A stretch of 64,000 nt of DNA from Octopus vulgaris (GCA_951406725.2 OX597826.1:49476001-49540000), one strand, 5' to 3'. Counted from the first letter of the stretch, positions 12,305-27,743 are shown. Made by a program: numbers and translations. Notes: generated by a model from the letters alone, not told the origin.

Positions 12305-12527
12305 TCTTTTTATCTTTAACTCGTTTCACTCATTTGACTTGGAGAGTTTAGTCGACCAACGGTCCAAGTATCTTTTTTTTTTTACACCTTATACTTGCTC
12401 TTTAGGGCTCTCTTTGCCGAACTGCTTAGTTACGGACCGCAAGGAAACCAACATCAGTCGTCAGGGTGATTATAAATACAGATATATACATACACATAAC
12501 TACCTACCTACACACAAACATATATCA

Positions 12528-12575
<48 letters not shown>

Positions 12576-12640
12576 ACAGGCTTCTTTCAGTTTCCATCAA
12601 CCAATCCCGGTTACAAGGGTTTGGTCGGCTCAGGCTATAA
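12305..12640 (-). mobile_element. Degenerate partial SINE A
   Basis: tttgccgaactgct.agttacgg...acaggcttctttcagtttcc. Confidence 0.7.
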
Positions 12641-12689
12641 TAAAAGGTTATATATATATATATATGTGTGTGTGTGTTTGTGTGTATGT

Positions 12690-12933
12690 ATTTTTTGTTT
12701 TTGTTTTTTTTTGTTTTTGTTTTTCCAGTTTCAGCTCTTGAGCTGTGGCCATGCTGGGGCACCGCCATTGTGGTGAAAGAGTATAGCAGGGATCACCACC
12801 CCCTGCCGGAGCCTCGTAGAGCTTTTAGGTGTTTTCGCTCAATAAACACACACAACGCCCAGTCTGAGAATCGAAACCGCGATCCTGCGACCGCGAGTCC
12901 GCTGCCCTAACCACTAGGCCATTGCGCCTCTAC
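12690..12933 (-). mobile_element. SINE with head B and a CR1-LINE 3' tail
   Basis: Reverse complement ends aatggcggtgccccagcatggccacagctcaagagctgaaactggaaaaa, nearly identical to the LINE end at 29260-29310. Confidence 0.85.
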
Positions 12934-12944
12934 AATATATATAA

Positions 12945-13205
12945 AATACATCAAGTATAGGTGACATCACCAACGAGTGAAAAATACACAAACACATAAA
13001 GAGAGATAGTACGGGACAAAATACCTCAAGACGTTTAACCCCTCTTCAGTTGTCGACTGTTAATTAATTACTCCCTATTTCGAGCCTTCAACGACAATAT
13101 AAGAAAACTTCATTAAACAGCAGCATCCAGAAATTTTAATTTTTAAAAAATTTCTGGAGATTTAGAGCTTCGAACGAACAAACAACATCAGGGTGGACGT
13201 ACAGA
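12945..13205 (-). mobile_element. Probable Penelope-type terminal remnant
   Basis: Reverse complement cagtcgacaactgaagagggg resembles cagccaacaactgatgaagag at 23370-23400(-); abuts a TA run. Confidence 0.4.
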
Positions 13206-14191
13206 GTAAATAATCGACGTTCCCCGCGTGCCATATTCTGCTAAGAAATTTTGCGCTCGATGTGATACTATGGTAAATGACATGCCCAGACTACCCCACG
13301 TTGGAATCGATCATACAACCACGAATTTGCAAAAACAAACATCTTAATCACATAGCCATTCTTGTGTCTTTAAATTCGTGGTTCTTGTTATATATCTTGG
13401 GTTGATCCATTTTACCATTATATTACTTTATTTTCAAGCGAAATGTGTGTAAGAGAGAGGGTGGATGTGGGTGAGAGAAATAGAGAAAGGGGGTGAGGTG
13501 AGGGTGAGGGAGAGTGAGAAGGGGTTTTTTATATATCTCTGTATCTTTTTGAAGTCAGCTCCTTCTTTATTTTGTTCCGTAGCTGTAATCAACCGACACA
13601 CCCACATATAGTGAATCCCGGCAACCCCGCGAACACCCACAACCCCTGCATCCCAAACCAGTCGGGACAACCGAAGGATGGTTAAGTGCAACTTTTAGAA
13701 ACAACAACAACAACAACAAGAAAGCAAAACAAAATAATGGGGGGGGGGGATAGAGAAAAACAAAGTTAAAAAGAAAGGAAAGGAATTTGTCCTTAGAGGA
13801 AACTAATCAAAGTGTCAGGTTTACAAAACGAAGAAATTAAAAGTAAGCAAGGAAGCAAGGAAGCAAGGAAGTATACACATTAATGAACACACACACACAC
13901 ACACACGTGTGTATAATATATCTATGTGTGCGCGTGCGGGCGTGTGTATGTATATACACATATCTATACGTGTGGATTTCGGAATTAGAAGCATACAAAC
14001 ACACACACACACACACACACACACGTACATGTATATATGTATCCACTCATATACAAGTATACAAATAAGCTTACATACACATACATTACGGGTACACTTC
14101 ACTGAAGGGTAACAGTACACGTGTATGTATGTGTGCACATACACCCCCATACAAATATAGATATTACACACGTACACACACACACATACAT

Positions 14192-14253
<62 letters not shown>

Positions 14254-14286
14254 GTATATGTATATATATGTATGTATGTATGTATG

Positions 14287-14337
<51 letters not shown>

Positions 14338-14937
14338 GCGTTTATATATATGTATATGCGTTTATATATATATATATATATATATATAAACGCATATACA
14401 TGTGCGTAGAATGTGAATAATGCGCAGTAAAATAGCAGAATGTGAGAAACCCAACAATGTTCTGTGCTGGTAAAAAGAAATATAAGTTTTTCAGAAGTCG
14501 GAGTATGTTTTATACCTTTTATACAATGAAGCAATAAAAGTTAACGTTTCGAATAACTTTCCATTCATCATTGAGTCCTTTAATCTCTGCATGATCATCA
14601 TTATGAAAGAGATATTTTATTTAATTTTATTTTGGTAATAAAGGCGCAGGCATGTCTGTATAGTTAAGTTCGCTTCGAAACCACGTAGTTTCGAGTTTGA
14701 GGTCACTGCGCAAAAACTTGAGCAATTATGTTATACTATGACCCGCGGACCTAATAATTCCTTGTAAGTGAACTTGATAGACATTACTTACTTTAGGTGT
14801 ATTTGTGTGTGTCTTTGTGTTTGTCCACCGCGCCCCTTGAAAACCATTGTTGGTTAGATGTACTCTTGTAACTTAATGGTTTGGAAAAAAGAGACCGACA
14901 TGAAAAGTATCATATGGGGTCGATTTTTCGACTAAAC

Positions 14938-15631
14938 CAGTGATTTATAACCTTGATCCATATGATCCCCGGTGGGTTCATATAAGATTTTGGGGGATCC
15001 ACGCAGGCAAAATAGTAAATTGTGGACCCACAGTAGTATTTTAAGAGTCAATGAAAAGATTTTGTAACCGACATTTTGCAAGAAACATTTAGGTTTTATT
15101 TTTCTCTAACATTTTACATAATTCAACATGTCTCCTGTTACTGAAACATATTCTCTCCGAAATTGGCGATTGCAAACCTCACACAAATGAACATGAGAAA
15201 AAGCAAATAGAAATTTTGAAAGAAGTATGTTTAAAAACTGTGGAGGCGCGTGGCTTAGTGGTTAGGGTGTCAGCATCATGATCGCAAGGTTGTGGTTTCA
15301 ATTCCTGGACCGGGCGACGCGTTGTGTTCTTGAGCAAAACACATCATTTCACGTTGCTCCAGTCCACTCAGCTGGCAAAAATGAGTAACGCTGCGATGGA
15401 TTGGTGTCCCGTCCAGCTGGGGAACTCATACGCCATTGAAAACGGGAAACCGGACCCATGAGCCTGGCTAGGCTTTAAAAAGGGCGCATTTATTTATTTT
15501 ATTATGTTTAAAAACTTTAAAAGTAGTTTTTAACAAAAGTAGCTTTTAAACATAGAAGGGCTATGGGGTCCGCCAAAATAAAATAGCAATCAAAGGGGTC
15601 CATATGCAAAAAAAATGGTGGGGAACGATAG
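14938..15631 (+). mobile_element. hAT (Charlie/Buster-like) non-autonomous element, copy 1
   Basis: Starts CAGTG, perfect 8-bp TSD gactaaac with central TA; homologous to 21674-22147 and 30830-31516. Confidence 0.8.
15240..15502 (+). mobile_element. CORE-type SINE (OR2-like) with tail C
   Basis: tRNA-like head gtggcttagtggttagg...ggtttcaattcc, CORE-like gtgttcttgagcaaaacac...ctcagctggcaaaaatgag; 14-bp TSD tatgtttaaaaact. Confidence 0.88.
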
Positions 15632-16281
15632 GACTAAACCCTTAAAGTCGTTCATTCCCCACCTACCCCCTTACAGCATGACTGGACTCTAGTGACTGAA
15701 ACAAAGATAAAAAGATACAATTTTCTTTTCTTGTTGAAAGCTTCCACTAGCTTTTGTTTGTTTATAAAACCTTTTTACAATAGCAGGGAGTAACTGAATT
15801 GTTGCTTTGACTTTTCAGAAAGCTTGCTTGTTGACGTGACCCTTGACCCGGTCTTTAAGTGTGAGAAAGAAATGTTGTCAACAAGATGGACATCGATTGT
15901 TGGGAATGTAATGGAAAGGAACGATTTGAATAGGAGAGGGGTAGGGAGAGAGAAGGAAGGGGAGATGCAGAGAGGGGAATGATAGACAGAAAAGAAAGGA
16001 GAGAAGGACCTTCTGAGTCAATAATGAAAAAGGAGAGTGATAGACAAGGAGAATCGCTAGAGCGTCGGAAGAAATACATCTTAATGGTGTTTTAATTTCG
16101 AATCGTAGCTGGGTTCAACTTTGCTTTTCGCTCATTCGGGATCCATGAAACAAAGCACCGGTGAAGAACTGACATCGACTGACTTCTGCCTCTCTAAACT
16201 GCCGTCCATATCTCTATATTAAAAACAATAATTTCACACATACATCAGATATTGAATGTATACACCTGCTTATGTGTGTGA

Positions 16282-16445
<164 letters not shown>

Positions 16446-16531
16446 TTTTTATTAGGGAAGATTAATTCAGAGTACACAGGGATGAGATATTCAAATTAAA
16501 GGTACCAAAGTGAACTTACCTCAATATTTTA

Positions 16532-16587
<56 letters not shown>

Positions 16588-17205
16588 TACTTTTATATAT
16601 ATTGTCGCTGAAACTACTTATACATACTTTACCAAATTCACTCGCAAGACATTGGTTGGTTAGTGAGTGGAGTTATAGCAGAGGACACTGCGTGGAACTA
16701 AACCCGCAACCACTTGGTTTCAAAGCGAGCTTCTTAACCCCACAATCATGCTGGTCTCTATAATTTTAATTATTATCATATTTAGCTTTGTATTTGTTTT
16801 TTCTTTTATTTGCTGGGTCTGGAAGAAGGGACAACGCCCATAGCTTTTGCTGGTTCTCGGAGACCGGTGAAAGACTGATCACGTTAATGCTTCTCTTGAG
16901 CATTTATAGGCCAATGCTTGTAGGAAAGAAGAAATTTCGGCGGGGATGTGGGTGGGGGGGAAGTCCTGGGGGAGAAAGGACTGCATACAGGCGCTGCTTC
17001 CCAACCACATGGTTCCAGGTTCTGCTTCATGCATAGCAGCTTTGGCAAGTGTCTTCTAGTATAGCCTTGGGGCGACCAAAGACTCGTATATATGAATGTA
17101 TATATGTATATACAAACTTATATAACTTTATCTACGCGCCTATGTGTATCTATGTGCATGTGTAATGTAGTGAGGGAAGAACTAATTAATAATTGATATG
17201 GGTGT

Positions 17206-17248
<43 letters not shown>

Positions 17249-17397
17249 TGTGTCTGTGTGTGTTTGTGTGTGTGTGTGTGTAAGAATACTGCAGAGAGAA
17301 AAAAAGGGAGAAAAACAGTTAATTATCAAGCAAAAATAAATCAATGAACACATACTACAAGGACGATAGCAGAGCTTGAAGCAGTTCAACGATATTT

Positions 17398-17918
17398 CAC
17401 AAAGAAAATTGCATCAATGGAACTATTGAGCTACTGGAATAGGTTGAAAGAGCTACGACTCTATTCCCGGGAACGAAGGCGGGAGAGATATGCATTGATA
17501 TATATATAGAAGACACTGGGAGGACTGGTGCCAAACTTTGGCATAAAGAGCTATACCAGACCACGAAGAGGACGTCACTGTGCTGTCCCCACTGTGCCGA
17601 CTGCTTCATCTCGGGCAAGGACGATGTACTGCAATAGCTTGGGTTTCAAGGGCCCACTGCTGTTTAACTGTCTGCCGAAGCATCTGAGGAGCCTCCATGG
17701 GGGTGGATGTAGACGTTTTCAAACCTAAACTTGACCTCTGGCTCGCCGAGATCCCTGATGAGCCAATATCTAAGCAAGAAACTCAAAAGAAGGCAGTAGC
17801 ATCGAACTCCATCCTTCACCAAAAAGCCGTTCCGACAAAGATGGAAAGTGGAAAGATGATTACAATGGCGGTGCTCCAGCATGGCCACGGTCATTGGACT
17901 GAAACATATAAAAGAATA
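17398..17918 (+). mobile_element. CR1-group LINE 3' fragment, second subfamily
   Basis: TKKIASMELLSYWNRLKELRLYSRERRRERY...PNFGIKSYT...SLGFKGPLLFNCLPKHLR...IPDEP...ASNSILHQ aligns with the C-terminus of 27890-29236; ends tggcggtgctccagcatggccacggtcattggactgaaac. Confidence 0.9.
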
Positions 17919-18029
17919 CACGCATATATATAACGCTCACACTTATATATATTCTTCACATAATATTGTAAGGATAAACGGCAAAAGGAGATTTATAGAA
18001 TAAGCACAAGGCTTAAACCAATAATTAAG

Positions 18030-18315
18030 TCGGTGCCCCAGCATGGCCACAGTCTAATGACTGAAACAAATAAAAGATAAAAGATGTGTGCGTGTGTGTA
18101 TGTGTCTTTGTTTGTCCCTACACAGACACAGCTTGACAATCAGTGTCGGTGTCTTTATGTCCCCGTAACTTAGCGGTTCACCTAAATCACCAATAAAATA
18201 TGTATTAGATTTTTTTTTTTAATGTAATCACTGGAGTAGATTCATTCGACAAGACTTCTTCAATGCGGTGCCCCAGAACGGCCACACTCTAACGACTGAA
18301 ACAAGTAAAAGATAA
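18030..18315 (+). mobile_element. SINE A tail plus SINE A 3' half
   Basis: cggtgccccagcatggccacagtctaatgactgaaac and a second degenerate 3' half. Confidence 0.7.
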
Positions 18316-18894
18316 AAAAAAAGACCAGAATACATCATACAATGTTCTTTCTTCGGAAAAAAAATATTGTTTGAATGTGATTTGGTTGCTATTTCTAGCT
18401 AGTCTACTGGCCACATAAGCAGTCTTACTTCAGTTTTGTCAACGAGAAAATTTAAATTACAAGGAGAGACTGGAACCTGCATCGCCTGATAAACAAGTGC
18501 TCGGCCTATTCAAGCAGTCTATGCATGCTCACTTATCGTCACGTGATCGAAAGTCCCATAAGTCTATATACTGCACCTTAACTGGAATTGTATGCTGGGG
18601 TTTCACCAAGTACTTTAATGTTTTTTTCAAAGTTCACCGAGTGCTAATTGTTCACGTGTGTAGTGTGAATTTACACACACACACACACACTGAAAACAAA
18701 CAATAAATATGTTAACAATAACTTAGCTATTGTTTCGTTTTTTTTGTTCATCACAATAATGTCTGAATGTTTTATGTACGTGTGTATATACATTTATACA
18801 CTCATACGAACATACATACGTACATACATACATACGTAGATACATACATACATACATACATACATACATACATACATACATACATACATACATA

Positions 18895-19239
18895 GGCGCA
18901 GGCGTGGCTGCGTGGCAAGAAGCTTGATTCCCAGTCACATGGTTCCAGGTTCAGTCCTACTGCGTGGTACCTTGTAAAGAAAGAACTTCTTCGGGCTGAC
19001 CAAAGACTTTTGAGTGGATTTGATAGGCAACACTCTTACTTGTTTCAGTCATTTGACTATGGCCATGCTGGAGCACCACCGTTAGTCCAGCAAATCGACC
19101 CCAGGACTTATCCTTTGTATGCCTAGTACTTATTCTATCGGTCTCTTTTGCCGAATCGCTAAGTTACAGGGACGTAAATACACCAGCATTGGTTGTCAAC
19201 CGATGTTGGGGGGGGACAAACACAGACACACACACACAG

Positions 19240-19310
<71 letters not shown>

Positions 19311-19473
19311 TACGACGGGCTTCTTTCAGTTTCCGTCCACCAAATCCACTCACAAAGCTTTGGTCGGCCCGAGGCTATAGTAGAAGACATTTGCCAAAGG
19401 TACCACGCAGTGGGACTGAACCCGGAAGCATGTGGTTGGTAAGCAAGCTACTTACCACACAGCCACTCCTACG

Positions 19474-19475
<2 letters not shown>
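18895..19475. mobile_element. SINE A 5' part (+, 18895-19028) abutting a full SINE A (-, 19033-19475)
   Basis: Family A matches in both orientations. Confidence 0.85.
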
Positions 19476-19516
<41 letters not shown>

Positions 19517-20042
19517 TGTGTGTGTGTGTGTATGTGTATAATCTGAAATACGCTTGTATATTGTGTTGTTCTCTGAAATCTCTAGCAAAGGCGTTCCAGC
19601 CTTGACCAGCCTGTTTTCTTTATTTTTTGCCGACATAGTAGATGTACGAGTTGCGTTATGCATCTTGACTGCTTTCATTTTGAGGGAGTGAGTTGTATTT
19701 GTATTAATACCCACCCAGTCTTTCAGAACCGATGATGCTTTGTTTACATTCCCGTCTTGGCAAAAGAACCGGGAGAATAAGTACCAGTTTTCGAAATAAA
19801 TACTGGGGGTGATATGTTCAGTTTCACCCTGCAAGGCTGTGCTCCAGCATGGCCATGGCTTTATAACTAAAACAAATAAAAGATAGAAGGTAATACATGG
19901 AGATAGGAATACACGAAGATATTTATTTGCTGGAAACAAACGATTTTGTGGAATCACTGACAGAAATGGTTGATACCGCAGAAGAATTCTTTCTTTACAT
20001 GAATGACACATCAGCAAGCATAGAACAAAGAAGACGAAGGAC

Positions 20043-20093
<51 letters not shown>

Positions 20094-20678
20094 TACAGTA
20101 CCTTTGCCCTGATACAGTACCATGCCCTAATCCAGTACCATGTCCTGATGCAGTACCACACAGTAGCTCTCATGGCTTCTGATCTTAACTGATGGAAGTG
20201 TTATTATGTACATTGTTTTGTCTTAATATAAAGATGGGTTATAGTAAATATTCTGCTCAATACCACAGATTTGCTTGTCAGTTGTTTGACCTTAACCAGT
20301 TGAGCATGTTCCTTAGTGGCAGACGATATGTGCATCTCTGACAATGTGCAGAAGTAGTGGGGGAGCATCATCGCTATGTGTTGAAAGGAATTCTTGGAGG
20401 TTTGGAAACATGGGTTGTTCGTTCAACATCCTTAAACAACCCTTATTCAGGGACCTTTTGAGTGGGATGGGCTTCTTGACCAGAAGAAAATTCTAACTGA
20501 GCCCCACCTGCAAGGTCATGCGCTGTTTATCTTGATATGAGATCACCATATCGCGCACATATGATTGTGATGCATGTGCCTGGTGTACCCTTATCAGACG
20601 GGTAGTCATGATGGGTATACTGGGCTTCGTATATTTCACCCCAGTGTCACTTTGATGGCACGCACTGCTCTCTCACTC
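20094..20678 (+). mobile_element. Non-coding insert within an (AAT)n tract, probably the 3' UTR of a Dong/R4-type TAA-targeting retrotransposon
   Basis: (AAT)n on both sides; an 18-19 bp motif (cagtacc.tg.cct.at) is reiterated at the 5' junction; Dong elements are known to target TAA repeats; no coding sequence to confirm the clade. Confidence 0.55.
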
Positions 20679-21095
<417 letters not shown>

Positions 21096-21263
21096 AGTAA
21101 GCCTAGTACTTACTCTATCGGTCTCTTTCACCGAGCCGTTAAGTTCTGAGGTCGATCATTTCGACTAAAAATTCAAGGTGGTGCCCCAGCATGCCCGCAG
21201 TCTAATGACTTAAACGAATAAAAAATACAAGACAATATACATACATGCATATATATATGTATG

Positions 21264-21298
<35 letters not shown>

Positions 21299-21673
21299 GT
21301 ATATGTGTGTGTGTATATATATGTATATATATATATATATATATGTATACATGTATATATATATGTATATATATATATATATAAATACATACCTACACAT
21401 ATACATGCAAGTATATAATTATGCACACATAAGAACACACACACACACACACACGCACGTACATACACACACGTATGCAAGCACACAGGTGTAAAACTAG
21501 GTGAAGAAAATACGAAAGTTAAGGTGATATCACTTCATTAACTGTTGCCGAGAGTTTCATGCAATCGATCATCAGATTTTTGTGGATTTTAAGAGCAATA
21601 GAGCTACTAAATATGTAATTTCTACACCATTTATGAACACTTATAAATACTCAACCACATTATTCTTCTTAAT

Positions 21674-22147
21674 CATGGGTTCTCAATATTTTTTTTTTAC
21701 CTATGGACCCTTTTGATTACCATATTATTTCAGTGGACCTCATAGCCATTCGATATAGCTTCAGGTCGGCCAAATCCTTCTGAGTGGATTTGTTTGATGG
21801 AAACGGAAAGGAGCCCATCATATACATGTGTGTATGTGTTGGTCTATTTACATTCTTGTAACTTAGCTGTTAAGCAAATGAGGCCGATATAGTTTTATAG
21901 AAACTTCTTTCAAAATTTCTGTTTTGTCTTTCACACATTAACTTGTGTAGATTGAACTATATAGAGAAAGAAACCCAGATATTTCTTGCAATGCATACCA
22001 ATATATACATCTAAAACAAACTTTTTTCAAGGGCCCTTAAAATACAATTGTGAATCCCTATTTACTGTTTGGAATTTACTGCGTGGAACCTCATGAATCT
22101 TATATGGACCACCAAGGGGCCATATGGACCCCGATTGAGAACTACTG
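21674..22147 (-). mobile_element. hAT MITE copy 2 containing an internal SINE A fragment (about 21755-21890)
   Basis: Ends catgggttctcaa / ttgagaactactg; imperfect 8-bp flanks ttcttaat / ctctaaat. Confidence 0.75.
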
Positions 22148-22403
22148 CTCTAAATACTCATGACTGTAGGATCACTGATTGCCTGAAACTCTGATCAACA
22201 GTTGCGAAATCGCTTCAGATTCAATGAAATCCTATAACATAGTCGGACCATCGGTGATTAAACCGGCAATACTACTCAACCAGCTTAGCGCCGTTACCGG
22301 TTTTAGTGGTTTTTGAAGACACTGTAGAATGAAAAACAAAAGCCTTCAAAGGGCGGATGAATTGAGAAGAGTCAACGGCCATCGAATTATATGGTATGTA
22401 TAT

Positions 22404-22465
<62 letters not shown>

Positions 22466-22519
22466 ACATACACATACACACACACATACACACACACACA
22501 CAGAGTTTACTTCGAAACG

Positions 22520-22681
22520 GGCCCAACCTTCCGGGTTCTTTTAAAGGGCTTAGAAAAACTGAAGGACCACTGCAATAAGTGTGTAAATCTGAGAGGGAAT
22601 TATGTTGAATAAAATCATAATTGACTGATCCTCCCGTATTTTATTTTACTCCAAACCAGGAGCTTTTCAGCACCCCTTGTA
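22520..22681 (+). mobile_element. Mariner MITE 3' half
   Basis: KGLEKLKDHCNKCVNLRGNYVE-stop is a mariner-type C-terminus, followed by TIR cttttcagcaccccttgta. Confidence 0.8.
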
Positions 22682-22761
22682 TGTATATATGTATATATAT
22701 GTGTGTGTGTGTATGTGTGCGTGTGTGTGTACATATATATATATATATATATATAAATATA

Positions 22762-22809
<48 letters not shown>

Positions 22810-22847
22810 ATATAATATAATATAAATAATGTATATATATATATATA

Positions 22848-23460
<613 letters not shown>

Positions 23461-23726
23461 GTCTTCCTTGTTCCAGCTACAATGGAGAGAAAGAAAGAAA
23501 GATGACCGATGGTCATGTGGGAGCCACGTGAGCAAGGGAGGAGGAGTGAGGGAGAGAGAGTGACAGAGTAGTAGGATAGAATAGTGGGAGAAGAGGTGGT
23601 AAAAAAATAAAGGAGGGAAAAAGAGAGAAAAACGAAAGAGTAAAAATATCGTATAGAGCGCGCACCAGAATTATTAAGATAAAACTTATTTGGCGAAGGA
23701 TGCGTGGTGTTCAGTCAGCTAATTCG

Positions 23727-23908
23727 AAGACTACAGATCCAATCCATCTGGAACTGTGAAAATCTGTAAAACTTTCCAAACGTTTATCATTTGAATATAT
23801 ATGAGCATGTCTAGATATGCAACTATATGCATAAGAATACATACATAAAACACAAATCTGCACATACATACATACATACATACATACATACATACATACA
23901 TACATACA

Positions 23909-23942
<34 letters not shown>

Positions 23943-24036
23943 CATACAAAAATACCCTGTTGTTGATGTTGAAATTCCAATGAAGGAGCTTCGGATGTAG
24001 GTTAGAAAACTTTGAAATAAACTGAATAATTACATA
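23727..24036 (+). mobile_element. 3' end of the R4-like (CATA)n-associated retroelement
   Basis: RLQIQ...GTVKICKTFQTFII-stop and a 3' UTR shared with 42301-42605 and 43510-43765(-). Confidence 0.75.
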
Positions 24037-24139
24037 CAAAGATGGGACCGTGTATCTTTGTTGGAAACCGGTTCCTTCCTCAGTGGAAGATTTGTAACAA
24101 TTAAAACATAGAAGAGGCATACATACACACGTATATATA

Positions 24140-24551
24140 CTCTTTTACATGTTTCAGTCATTTTACTGCGGCCATGCTGGAGCACCACCTTTAGTCGAAC
24201 AAATCGACCTCCGGGACTTATTCTTTGTAAGCCCAGTACTTATTCTATCGGTCTCTTTTTGCCGAACCGCTAAGTTACGGGGACGTAAACACACCAGCAT
24301 CAGTTGTCAAGCGAAGGTGGGGGGGGGGGACAAACACAGACACACAAACATATACACACACATACATATATATATATACATATATACGACAGGCTTCTTT
24401 CAGTTTCCGTCTACCAAATCCACTCACAAGGCATTGGTCGACCCGAGGCTATAGCAGAAGACACCTGCCCAAGATGCCACGCAGTGGGACTGAACCTGGA
24501 ACCGTGTGGTTGGTAAGCAAGCTACTTACCACACAGCCACTCCTGCGCCTA
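24140..24551 (-). mobile_element. SINE A, full length (about 410 bp)
   Basis: Complete head-linker-tail on the minus strand. Confidence 0.9.
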
Positions 24552-24765
24552 TGTATATATATATATATGGAAAAAAAAATGTCAAGATAGAAAATGCTAA
24601 AATAATTTTAGCCATATATCTAGGTATGTATACCTGATCAATTTTTTTATGTATGCCTATGTATATGTGTCTGTGAGTTTTAGTTCTGTGTATATGTATG
24701 TGTATGTGCGTAGGGAGTGTGATTGCATCGCGACAAAACACGGTAAACAGAGAATCAAAACTGAT

Positions 24766-24812
<47 letters not shown>

Positions 24813-24889
24813 TAACACAACCACAACCAGCAGTGCCAACAACAATCAATATCAACACGACTATTACTGCCACCACTACCACCATCACC

Positions 24890-25526
24890 GTCATCACCAC
24901 TATCCTCTATCTCCTCTCCAATCTCCTCCTCTTCCATCTCCTCCTACTCCATCACCTCCTCCTCCATCACCTCCTACTCCATCCCCTCCTCATCTTCTTC
25001 ATCATCATCATCACCATCACCATCACTATCCTCTATCTCCTCTCCCATCTCCTCCTCTTCAATCTCCTCCTACTCCATCACCTCCTCCTCCATCACCTCC
25101 TACTCCATCCCCTCCTCATCTTCTTCATCATCATCATCATCATCACCATCACCATCACTATCCTCTATCTCCTCTCCCATCTCCTCCTCTTCCATCTCCT
25201 CCTCTTCCATCACCTCCTCCTCCATCACCTCCTACTCCATCACCTCCTACTCCATCCCCTCCTCATCTTCTTCATCATCATCATCACCATCACCATCACT
25301 ATCCTCTATCTCCTCTCCCATCTCCTCCTCTTCAATCTCCTCCTACTCCATCACCTCCTCCTCCATCACCTCCTACTCCATCCCCTCCTCATCTTCTTCA
25401 TCATCATCATCATCACCATCACCATCACTATCCTCTATCTCCTCTCCCATCTCCTCCTCTTCCATCTCCTCCTCCTCCATCACCTCCTCCTCCATCACCT
25501 CCTACTCCATCCCCTCCTCATCTTCT

Positions 25527-25557
<31 letters not shown>

Positions 25558-25585
25558 CATCATCACTATCATCATCATCATCACC
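24890..25585. repeat. CCT/CAT-rich minisatellite, about 5 units of 120-150 bp
   Basis: cactatcctctatctcctctcc recurs five times; preceded by (CAT)n. Confidence 0.9.
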
Positions 25586-25726
25586 TAAAACTTTAATATT
25601 TTCAGAATCTTCACTTATGTCATTCTATAATGTTTAATAGACATTATCTTTTCAAAGTCACCCACTACCATCTTTTTTTTTTTTTTGTGCTTCTGTTTTT
25701 CATTTGGCTCAAACTGTTTACTGTTT

Positions 25727-25758
<32 letters not shown>

Positions 25759-25849
25759 ATAAATCCAATGTTTTTTATTGTTAAACATATCCTACATTTT
25801 CGCTGATCTTATCAAATATGTCTCAATTCAGTTTTTTTTTGTGTACTAA

Positions 25850-26063
25850 TGAAGAGACACATGCACACACACACACACACATGCACACACACACACACAC
25901 ATGCACACACACAGATATATTTATACATATATATACACACATCTAAAAATATACACAATCATACATGTGTGTGTAAATCTATGTATATATATATATATAC
26001 ATACATACATATATATACACATATATACATATATATGCATATATATATATTTATATATATATA

Positions 26064-26113
<50 letters not shown>

Positions 26114-26118
26114 TATGC

Positions 26119-26165
<47 letters not shown>

Positions 26166-26340
26166 CATACATATATATACCCATATATACATATATATGC
26201 ATATATATATATTCATATATATATATATATATATATGAATATATGTATATATATATATATACACACACATATATATGCATATACATATTCATATATATAT
26301 ATAATGTATATATGTATTTATTCTTATATGCACATATATA

Positions 26341-26389
<49 letters not shown>

Positions 26390-26530
26390 GTATATGCATT
26401 TATATATGTATTTATTCTTATATGCATTTATATATAAATGAATATATGTATATATGTATATAAATACATATGTATACATATATTTATTCATATATATACA
26501 TATATATGTATGTATGTATGTATGTATATA
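25850..26530. repeat. Long degenerate (TA/CA)n tract
   Basis: Seen directly. Confidence 0.9.
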
Positions 26531-27703
26531 ATTCAGAATTAGGTGTCATTTGGCAGGACATAAACGGTCGTGCTCCATGTAAATCATTAAATGAATAGCA
26601 ATGTGTGGGCTTTTCAACCATTCAGCAACAAAACCAAAACTTCTAAGGATTACATTTTAAGAAAATAATGTACTTGAAAGAGTGAACATATTTCATCCTA
26701 GTAAACAAGTCGAGTACATACACATAGGTATAGGTGTGTATGTATGTGTACGTTTACATATATATATGTGTGTATGTATGTATGTATGCATGTATATACG
26801 TGTGATCTATATTCATAAATCCATACATACGTCTACACGTACGCACATATATATAAACACACACACACACACATACATATATATCTGTATGTTCGTTTGT
26901 CTATCTGTTTATCTGTCTGTCTGTTTGTATATATGAGTGTATGTATATGTCTCTTCTCTATTTTAATTATCATAAATTTCCACTGAGGAGGGATCCGGTT
27001 TCCAACAGAGATACAAGGCCCCATTTTTGAGATGAAGTTAACACAGACAAATTCACATTTGGAACTTGAGTAAAGTCTAGCATATTTTTACTGTTCCACT
27101 CACAGATTGCACTTGCAATGTCTATGTACGTATTTATGTATATATGTATGTATCCTGAGTATAACTTCAAATTTCATTGGGGTACTGGCTTAAGAGTTTC
27201 AGGGTTCTGAGAATTGTGGAACCAATTCATAGCCACTATTCTTCTCAGGTTTACTCTGACCCAGAGAAGTAACACCTGTCAGGGGCGCAACTATGAATTA
27301 ATTAGCACAGTAGGGCTAGCTTAAATATGCATGTGAAGACAGGATTTGGTGCACGTAGCGGAAGAATTCTTCGTGGTTTAACAGAGAGAAAGGCGACTGC
27401 AGTAACGCATTGTGGCGTGAAGAGAGCCAGACGAGGCAAGTAAAAGATCTTGGTCATCCACAATATATATCTTCCGCCCCAGTCGTTTTGATCAGATTTT
27501 GCTTCTGGTCTGAAGATGGTCACATGTGAAAGAGTAAGGTTGACGATGTGCAGCTCTTCTGCACTTTAAATAAAGTCATCAGGAGTTCTTAAGGATCACT
27601 AGAGAGTCCTCGTCGCTCCGACAGACGAACATGCTGTTTAGTGGGCAGTTGTTCTCATCATTACAATTACACGAAAGATGTATAATGTTGCTGCTGCTGC
27701 TGC

Positions 27704-27743
<40 letters not shown>

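Larger units (their letters stand above)
14642..15716 (+). mobile_element. Old SINE A split by a hAT MITE
   Basis: Family A sequence 14642-14937 resumes at 15632-15716 after the duplicated 8-mer gactaaac. Confidence 0.75.

Noticed and set aside
15240-15315. tRNA-like sequences here and at 55455 and 63450
   Set aside because: A/B-box heads of SINEs that continue into SINE bodies; no complete cloverleaf
24649-25596. 315-aa Pro/His-rich extensin-like ORF
   Set aside because: CCT/CAT minisatellite open in two frames, start codon within TA/TG repeats, no signal peptide or splice context
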